Shown in pieces: positions 55,341 to 64,000 of a stretch of 64,000 nt of DNA. The stretch is from contig MNCI01001919.1 in NCBI GenBank assembly GCA_015680685.1, forward strand, positions 900,712 to 964,711. Direction: 5' to 3'. The translations under genes were made by a program, and so were the position numbers. A model generated the notes under the pieces. It was not told where the DNA came from and ran no database searches. It saw nothing but the letters and a program-made list of their open reading frames with translations. How positions within the stretch are numbered: position 1 is the first letter of the stretch; each line of letters begins with the position of its first letter. The DNA comes from Gnetum montanum (Eukaryota; Plantae; Gnetophyta).

Positions 55341-55961
55341 AATCACACTTGAATGCTCATAATTAAGTCGTACTCGTTCCGCGTTCTAGGAGTTTAAGGG
55401 TGAGAGAGAGAAAACAGTAAATAACATTAAATAAATAAATAACAAAGTGATTGCTGCAATGATGAAGTAATCTCGATCTTTATTGCTAGTCATGTGCATG
55501 TCCAAGTATGGCACACTCGAATAAAGACACCGTACAATTACATTCACCACACTGCAGGCAGACATGGGAAAAAAATCTAACTCTGGAGGGATCAAACTGC
55601 CAGAGCTTCGCTACTCTAAAACTAGGATCCCTCAACAAGGGAATGCCACCCCTTATTTATAGACATTGCGGTGGACTGCGATATCGCATATGCGATATCG
55701 TAGGGAAGATGCGATATCACGGGGGATGCGATATCGCAGCAGACGCGATATCGCAGCCTATGTGAATTGCGTCTCATCATACCCCCACGACTGAATAAAA
55801 ACTCATCCTCGAGTCAAAAGGAGAACAAGATTCAATGATTACATAGTGGATAGGTATGGGATTATTAACTGGAAAAAGAAATGGACTAATGCCGCAGTGT
55901 GGGAAGACACAACATAGAGAAAAAATACTACAACTACAAAAATGTGGATCTCATGTAGTTC

Positions 55962-58734
55962 CTAGTGGTGGTGGCTCCTCCATGGGTGCTTTCCCCTTGT
56001 CAAGTGCTCCAAGCTTGGAAGGTTGACGATGCTAAAGAAAGGCCTAGAGCTTCTCCTCTTCAATCTGAGGATCTTGTGCCGTCCATGCTAATGTTCCGAT
56101 GTTTGACAGAGTCGGCACCTCCCATGGACAAGGTAGTTGCGGGAACATCTGATTGGCTTTGACGTACCATGCTGCGAACACCCGTCATTCCTCTTCATAG
56201 GCTCTGGCTTTGTCTTTGTATTCATGGAGCTCTGTTAGCTATCAAGCCAAGTCGATTGCAACATCTTTTTATCCTTGGTAGCTTTCTTTTACCATCGTAA
56301 GTTTAGAATTTACGACATCAAGTTTCTCAGCCATCTTCTTGCGCTCTGCAAACTCTACTTCATATTTGATATGGGTGGAAGCTACCTGCTACTCAAGCTC
56401 TGACCTTAGGTGTCCTGCTGTTAACATGGCAAGGTTGGCATATCTAAGGTTTGTCAACTCCATGTATTCAGTCAAGTCTTGGATCTGCAGGTCCCAGTTC
56501 TTAACTTCCACTTGGTGGGCGAAGGCGTAAGTGTCCAATATGGCCCTCCAATCAGTGTGCTAAGCACTGATGTTGTTGATTTGATCCTTGGCCATATGGA
56601 TCTCCTTCTCCGGGATTTGTTTGTACATCCCCACCTGATCATGGAAATGCTCCTTTAGCTTCTCGTGTCATTTAGCCTCATTCTACCATGTGCTTATCTC
56701 GATGGCTGATTTTTTGTCAAATAGCGTGTACCTCCTCCATTGAGAGGGTTCAATTTTCTCTGGCTAAATGGCTTACATCTCGGTTGACCCGAATGAACTG
56801 TTCTCGTAACTGATGAAAGTGTTCATCGAGAACATTCTTTTCTTTCTCCACAGAAGTCAACTGAAGGTTATCAGCAACCAACTACTTTTTTTCTTCTTCT
56901 AAGGCCCTGAGTGGCTTAATATGTGCATGATTTTGCGCTTGAGCTATGGAGGCATCCCAAGTGGTCATCTCCTTTTCTTCTGCCACCTTCTTATTTTCTG
57001 CAATTAACTTTGTTAATTGCTCAGTTCTAAAATTGTCTAGCTAGTCTGCGGGAACAAATTGCAAAGGATCCCGCTGTGCTGCTTGTAAGGCTATGAGCTG
57101 CTCTTGTAGTTTCTACACTTCAGCTTCAGCATGCTCAGCCCTGACTTCGAATATGACCAACTTCCCCTTTGTGGAAATGAGGTTTGAATTGCTATTACAT
57201 CCTGGGGGATGTCAAACAAAGATGTCAAAACTTGTTCTATTTGAAGCAATCTGTCCAGTGCATCCTCATGTTCCACAGGAGTCATTAAGGTTTCAGCAAG
57301 AGTTTGAGCATCCTCTGCTCTTGAAAGATCTACCGGTGGCACAACAGGTTCATTGAAAGATTCTTTAATGTGGTCAGCAACCACTTCAGCAGCTTCCATG
57401 GCATCCTGGTGTTGCATGACCACCACAATGGCCCCTTCACCAGTCTCTAACTGCACTTGAAAAGATGCCACATTTTCAGAGATTTGTTGTGACCATCTAC
57501 TTTCCCCTCCTCATGTTTGAATGGATAACTCACCTCTTGTGTGATCTAATGAAATAGTAGGCTGGTTGGCATTATCGATGATGTGGAAGAGATTTGTGTC
57601 ATCATGACTTTCCCAACTAACCGTCTCGACGATGGCCCTAAGATAGCTCATCAACAGTCTGTAGTCTTGCGGCGGTGGTGGATCCTTGCCTGTTCTACGT
57701 CCTGCTTCTTGTTGTTGGCTGGGACCTATGGCTAGAGGCTGATTGGGTCCTGCAAGTTGAGTTGCAGGTGATCCAATCATCTATTCTTCTTCTTTATCTG
57801 GTTCCAACTCTTCGCCAGTGCTCTTTCTTGGAGTTGGCACCTTTAATAACTCAACATAAGAAGCATTCTGGGCCTTTCGAAGGATGTCATTTGTGTATCC
57901 CCGAATACTAGCCCGTCGGCATAGTTTTCTGATAAGGCAAGGAAAAGGTAGTGCCATTTTCCCTGAATTTCGTTCTTCGAATTGCCTTAGGATCTCTGTC
58001 AAATATAGATGGGGAAGGTTAGTGTTAACCTTTCCCATTAACACTGCACATCCTCTCGCCACATACGTTGATATTCTTTTCAAACCTTTAATGGGGAAGA
58101 GGTGATACGTTCCAATTTTAAAATAACCCTGATCTTCCATCATCAGCTCACCAAAAGCTTTATCTCTTCCATAAGCCTTCTCTAACCAATCCTTTCGCAC
58201 ATCAGGGTCTAATCGGGTAGATAACTAAGCAACATGGGGGCCTGAATTCAGAAGGTTTAACACTTCCAAAATTGCCTGTGCAGAAAAATCTACTATCACA
58301 CCACAAATGTTGACCGTGGTGCCTTGCTCCTTATTGTGCTAGAACAGGTATGTTTCATCTAAGTACCAGGCACTGCACTCAGAGAGGATAGGCCATAAGG
58401 GAGACCCTTTAAGGTGATCCCTAACAACCTCAAGAGCAAACTCTACAAAAGGTTCGAAGTTAAGCTCCACGATCACCGCAGCAATTGTGGACTTCATATG
58501 GATAGCCTGAACACATTCCGAGGGCAATGTGAGTTATTGTCCCGGTTCAAGCACAGCAGAAGCTCCTCTTTCTGCCTACCCAGACCATCCTATAGGAGGT
58601 TCTTCTTGATGGATGCTAGATGATTGCACCTCCTGTTCTGCATGTTTTCCGGCAGGGACTCGTCCTCCACCTCTCCAAGGTTGTTTTGCGTCACCTTGAG
58701 CAAGACCCTCTCACTAAGCACGTTTCGGGCCCAT
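55962..58734 (-). pseudogene. Athila env-like (ORF2) gene, ~920 codons, interrupted by stops
   Basis: ATG at 58734 is in frame with ORFs 58339-58527, 57781-58200, 57511-57780 and 57091-57471. Contains MALPFPCLIRKLC and a long coiled-coil C-terminus; positioned upstream of the PPT. Confidence 0.8.
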
Positions 58735-58762
58735 CTGCAATCACATGGGCCAAACGTTAGTA
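58735..58762 (-). promoter_or_regulatory. Branch point and 3' splice acceptor immediately before the env-like ATG
   Basis: Minus strand reads TACTAAC-gtttggcccatgtgat-TGCAG|ATG. Confidence 0.7.
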
Positions 58763-59200
58763 AGGTTGTTTTCAAAGTTAAGTTATACCTTACTACATGC
58801 CTTTAATTAAATATCTTATGTTATCGTGTGATTGTGCCCGAAAATTATAATAATGGATTCTATGACTTAGGTGGATTTCATTTTAATCTCCTAGTGTACC
58901 TAAGGGCATATGATTTTTGGCATAATGTTTCTAAGTGTTAGTATTAATTACCCTAATTGATGTCCTTTGGACGATGACAAATTTCAAAAAATTTAGGCAC
59001 TTTTCAATAGGTGTCCCTCCCCCACAACTAAACTGAATGCTCCGGGTTCAAACAGGTTCAAACAGAATTAAAATTGGAGCACCAGCGTGCGAAATATGAG
59101 TGAAAAAGCAAGGGTCACACAATCGCAAGTCATAGAGAAAAATTTCAAAAATTCCACCCACGTCAATGGCAAAATGATGCTAAGTGTTGCAGTGGGGGTC

Positions 59201-59305
59201 CCTATTTATAGCTAAATAGGATGCGATATCGCGTACGATACATCGCGTACGCGATATCATGTGGGACATGATATTGCGTACATGATATCTCGTCCCCAGT
59301 GATGT
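59201..59305 (-). promoter_or_regulatory. Internal copy of the LTR U3 palindrome array + TATA box upstream of the env-like ORF
   Basis: GCGATATCGCGTAC-type repeats followed on the minus strand by CTATAAATAGG, the same arrangement as in the LTR at 55654-55760. Confidence 0.7.
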
Positions 59306-60639
59306 GGGACACCTGCAAAATACCAAATTTTTTATGATTTTCTTGAAATTATTGGTGTAAAAAGAGGACATGGACAAGGATTAATATATTCAGGGGTAAT
59401 TACATTGATTTGAGAGGCACTTTGAATGATAATGATGTGAATTTTTGCAATTAAAAATTTGGTAGTTATGAATAAAAGGGAATGTAATGATACATTGGAA
59501 CGTGAAAGTTTGGAGGGATAATAATAGGGAAAGAAAATTATGAGAATTAAGCTGAGGGTAAGAAATTGTGTGTTTGAGCTAGAGAATTAATGAAGATTAC
59601 AACAAAATTACACAAGTGGATCCTCCCCAAGTGTAATCACACTTAAAGTGTCTGTGGGCACTAGAAGGGTTAATTGTAATCCGCACTAACTCCACAAAAC
59701 ACACACATGTAAATATCACCAGAATGAGATGAAAATTTTACGCTACACGGGACACGAGCTACAATTACACGAATAGTGAGATGAGGTGAAGCATAGAAAA
59801 GGATCGTAGAGATTGGGACATGAGGTGACTAACCTAGGGCACAATGAATCCTACATGTAAAGCATGATTAAGGTGTCATTAACCCATCGTTTCAAGATCA
59901 GGACCAAGCCCATCCTTCTAATCAGTGACATCGCATTGTTTCATCCCATGATGAACAACTATGAAAGTACCATAACAACAAGGCGTACAATCACTTGGCG
60001 TTTAGTACAAGGGAGGAGTGATTTTTGTTTTATGGCACTTCCTTTTTCTTTTCTTCTTCTTTTTTTTCACTTTACTAAATCCAGAGAAGTCGCCAACCTT
60101 TAGGCATGGGTGCATGTCTTTCCAGTGGGACCCCCTAGAACAACTTTTTCTTTTCGAGTGCCCTTTTGATTACACTTACTCCCATTTTTCATTAGATCTA
60201 CAAGGATCTCAGTACAACCATATTGCATGATAACACCCATAGATGTTACCAAAGAGAATCCACAAGTCCCCTTGATGTCACACCCTAACCATTCCCTCTT
60301 GGTCCATCCTTCTTCATTCTGGGTACAATGAACACAAAATTAATTTTAAGTTTTAGAAATTTCAATAATGTCATTGTACCCTTGAATAGACCCTCTTATT
60401 TATAGAGTGAATGAGTGGATGCAGTGGGCTCATTGTTCCAAATAATTGATTACTCATGACTTAATAACATAAAACACACCTCAACCAACAATCCACATGA
60501 GTGTTTTATTCATAGATGAGATTACTTACAAAAACGAAAAAAGACAAACACATAAAAAGATAAAACAAAAAGTTGAAAAATGAAAAATTGAAAAACAAAA
60601 AGTTGAAAAATTAAAGAAAATGAAAAATATTTATTAATC

Positions 60640-62115
60640 CTGGTTGTTATTGAAATGGGGGATATCCCCCATAACTAAACAGTTGAGTATGGCAAGGATT
60701 AATAAATGGGAAATGAGGATCCTTGCATACTAAAAATATTGAAATTGGTCCATACTTATCCCCTTGGATTTCACACACTTCATAATAAGTATAGTGGGGC
60801 ACTTCATATGTAGTTCCTGGATAACAAGTTAACCCACTATGATGTCTAGGACTGTTAGATGGTATGCAAGGATTAGGATAATGCCTCCCACGGTTGTGTT
60901 CATTGGGTCATATGGTTGTTGGAGTGTAAGTTGGTGGCCCTGATGAAGTTACATGAGGCGTTGGGTTCGAAGGTAAGGGTGCACCACATTGTTGGACTTG
61001 TGCCAGGTTGGAAGGTGCAATGGCCTTAGAATTATGTTGTCCCTTCCTACGGCCATGTTTAAAGAAAGGATGCTTTTGATGTTGAGGAGGCTCTTCATTG
61101 CTGTTAGTAGTAGTAGCACAAGTGTTTTTCATGGGTTGTGGTGGCACAAACACCTTAGGAACAGTTGGTGGCACTATGGAAGGAGGGAAAGGATAAGAAC
61201 ATTGAAAGTTAGGAGGAGTATAAGGTGCATAAGGTGGTGGTTGTGTTGGAGGTATGGGCTGATGGTATTATGGAGAATAGTATTGTGGTGAGATAGAGTA
61301 TGTTGGCCCAAATGGAGAAACAGGATGTTGAACGTGATAAGCATTTGGATTCGAAAAATGTGAAGGATGCCTCCAGTCTAAGCATGGTCTCCCCCACAAC
61401 CAGGATTGTTGCCACTGTGGTCGAACACAGTATCTCTGTACGAACTCTGGATGTAATGTATTTCCCCAATGCTCATGTATATGTAACAAGATTGGGCATT
61501 GGCCTTTGGGGTGATCGTACAGGCATATGTTGCATTCATATGTATGATTGGCAGTTGAGCACTTATTTCCTTCGTTCTTTCTTTCCGAATGTCTACTATT
61601 TTGTCCTACTTCTTGGGTTGTCAAAACTCTATCTCCAATGATGTTGATATATTCTCCACACTTTTGATTTATCCATTCCAACATCTTATTGATCTTTGCC
61701 TTGGCTTCTTCTAATGATTGTTGTATTGGCAAAGAGGATGTTTCCACGTTGAGATTTGTTGATCTCTCCTTTTCATGATCAGGGACCTTTGTTAAGTTGT
61801 GATTTTGGTCCCATTGATGTTTTTCAACACTCTCCCATGTAGCTAATTCTCCTTCTTCTTTTGCTACCCACTGAATAAGCTCTTGGATTTGATGGTTTCG
61901 TAGGTTGTATAGTTGACCTCGAGCCTACGTTCCCAAGGTCTCTCTTGTTTCATTACATAGCCCATCAATAATATGATACATTAGCCTTTCCTCAGAAAAC
62001 CCATGGCCTGGACAGTTGTTTAATAGTGCATAATATCTTTCTAAGGCCATGTCCAAGGGTTCATGTTTTGCTTGTTTCCATTCTTGGATTTGTTTCCTCA
62101 AGGTTGACACTCTTG
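60640..62115 (-). pseudogene. gag: gag of copy G (3' part; 5' part in gap)
   Basis: RVSTLRKQIQEWKQAKHEPLD..YYALLNNCPGHG..HIIDGL and CNICLYDHPKGQCP are homologous to copy E gag. Confidence 0.8.
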
Positions 62116-63651
62116 NNNNNNNNNNNNNNNNNNNNNNNNNNNNNNNNNNNNNNNNNNNNNNNNNNNNNNNNNNNNNNNNNNNNNNNNNNNNNNNNNNNNN
62201 NNNNNNNNNNNNNNNNNNNNNNNNNNNNNNNNNNNNNNNNNNNNNNNNNNNNNNNNNNNNNNNNNNNNNNNNNNNNNNNNNNNNNNNNNNNNNNNNNNNN
62301 NNNNNNNNNNNNNNNNNNNNNNNNNNNNNNNNNNNNNNNNNNNNNNNNNNNNNNNNNNNNNNNNNNNNNNNNNNNNNNNNNNNNNNNNNNNNNNNNNNNN
62401 NNNNNNNNNNNNNNNNNNNNNNNNNNNNNNNNNNNNNNNNNNNNNNNNNNNNNNNNNNNNNNNNNNNNNNNNNNNNNNNNNNNNNNNNNNNNNNNNNNNN
62501 NNNNNNNNNNNNNNNNNNNNNNNNNNNNNNNNNNNNNNNNNNNNNNNNNNNNNNNNNNNNNNNNNNNNNNNNNNNNNNNNNNNNNNNNNNNNNNNNNNNN
62601 NNNNNNNNNNNNNNNNNNNNNNNNNNNNNNNNNNNNNNNNNNNNNNNNNNNNNNNNNNNNNNNNNNNNNNNNNNNNNNNNNNNNNNNNNNNNNNNNNNNT
62701 TGATCAACCGTACACATCTTGGACTTCATGCACGACTACCACTGGGACTACCAAGTGTAGCTCCTAGGTACACCACTGGGATTACCAAGCACAAATCCCA
62801 AATATGCCACTAGGTTACCAAGTGTAGATCCTGGATATGCCATTGGGCTACCAAGTAATCACACTTAAATGCTCGTAATCAAGTCGTACTCGTTCCACGT
62901 TCTAGGAGTTTAAGGGTGAGAGAGAGAAAATAGTAAATAACATTAAATAAATAACAAATAAATAAATAACAAAGTGAATGTTGCAATGATGAAGTAATCT
63001 TCATCTTTATTGCTGGTCATGTGTGTGTCCAAGTACGGCACACTCAAATAAAGACACCGTACAATTACATTCACCACACTACGGGCAGACATGGCAAAAA
63101 AATCTAACTCTGGAGGGATCAAACTGCTAGAGCTTCAGTACTCTAAAACTGGGATTCCTCAACAAGGGAATGCTGCCTCTTATTTATAGACATTGTGGCA
63201 GACTGTGATATCGCGTATGCAATATCATAGGGAAGACGTGATATCGTGTACGTGATATTGCGGGGGATGCAATATCGCAGCGGACGCGATATCGCGTATG
63301 TGATATCGCAGCCTATGCAAATCACGTCTCATCAGAGTTCTTATTCATGATGTGGAGTTCCTGTTCATGACTTGTAAACACATCATCCACAATAAACATT
63401 CTTTGTTCTTCATTTTCCTTAAGGTTTTTCATACCAAAAGGTCAACACGATACAAATATGATTATACCTGTTATACCCATTGAGAAAACTATAGTACTAG
63501 TATCCTATAATAGTGTTAAGAACTTGATCAATAAATGGTAGAGGAAAATGATCCTTCAATGTTGCTAAATTTAATAACTAGAAGTTAATGCAAACCCTTT
63601 ACTTGTCACCTTTCTTTGAAATAATAACTAGGGAACTGATCCATTCACTAT

Positions 63652-64000
63652 TGATGAGTGGCGAGGTACCCCTACACTCAACCATACGAATACGAGCATT
63701 TCACACACGATCCAATCGAACTCTACAGATGGACTAGTTGTGGTATCTAGACAATTACTCGTACATCATAGTTCGCTATCTTTCCAAACTTACTTGTATT
63801 TTCATGGTTGTATGGTTAAGTATGCTTGAGGTATATGATTTTTATAGCTTTTTTATTTTTTATTTCTTCTGCTAATAAATGAGAGGGAGAGAGAACTAAG
63901 TGGCTAACTTACATTAACTATTCATTAATTAAGTTCTAAATGTTCCTAACACCAGTATCCATTCCCACTTTTCGTACACACCCTAAACCAGTGCAACGCT
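63652..64000 (-). mobile_element. Further Athila-family LTR inserted in the RT of copy H; runs off the window
   Basis: TGATGAGTGGCGAGGTACCCCTACACTCAACCATACGAA is identical to the 54874 terminus and interrupts RT at the SEWISS motif. Confidence 0.9.

Larger units (their letters stand above)
54874..63334 (-). mobile_element. Copy G: non-autonomous Athila-like element (gag + env-like ORF, no PR/RT/RH/INT); 3' LTR 54874-55779, 5' LTR partly in gap (62700-63334 visible)
   Basis: LTR termini TGATGAG/CTCATCA; TSD AAGTT/GAGTT inside the Copia 5' LTR; PPT complement TACCCCCACGACT at 55780. Confidence 0.92.
48830..63447 (-). mobile_element. SIRE/Maximus-like Ty1/Copia element; 3' LTR 48830-49964, 5' LTR 53818-54873 + 63340-63447
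   Basis: Paired ~1.1 kb LTRs; PBS TGGTATCAGAG (53805-53815); PPT at 49965 plus a second PPT-like tract at ~50246; C-rich ATTCAACCCCCCTTCT at the LTR end; degenerate TSD CAATG/CGATA. Confidence 0.88.
47540..63651 (-). mobile_element. Copy H: Athila-like pol (RT-RH-INT start), present as 47540-48829 and 63448-63651, split by nested insertions
   Basis: The RT frame KDHFPLPFIDQVLN..YYSFLNGYNRYNHICI | VLEDQEKTTFTSPW is continuous across the Copia insertion. Reverse-complement homology to 44290-45755. Confidence 0.88.

Noticed and set aside
61925-62813. Long ORFs of 222-260 aa in the ORF track
   Set aside because: Artefacts of translating through the N gap.

Overview
AT-rich, heavily C>T/G>A-eroded plant intergenic DNA made almost entirely of nested LTR retrotransposons; I see no intact host gene. 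The dominant family is Athila-like Ty3/Gypsy (TGATG...CATCA LTRs of about 0.9 kb, tRNA-Asp PBS), present in at least six copies of different ages. Two young, TSD-bounded copies both lack RT/RNaseH/integrase but keep complementary cargo. Copy 30685-37662 keeps gag+protease. Copy 54874-63334 keeps gag plus a ~2.8 kb env-like ORF, preceded by an internal copy of the LTR palindrome/TATA promoter module and a branch point/splice acceptor. Also present: Tat/Ogre-like Gypsy remnants, SIRE-like Copia elements, and a pol-less element (26794-39961) containing a 5S-rRNA promoter-like segment and a 36/45-bp His-rich minisatellite. Host-derived pieces are a directly fused HSP70 + two PPR fragment cluster (19.2-20.8 kb) and two unexplained exon-like segments (9.7-13.9 kb, ending in a Helitron-like hairpin, and 45.9-47.5 kb). 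Two assembly gaps (30976-31067, 62116-62699) fall in or next to 5' LTRs. All family calls come from motif recognition by eye, not database searches.
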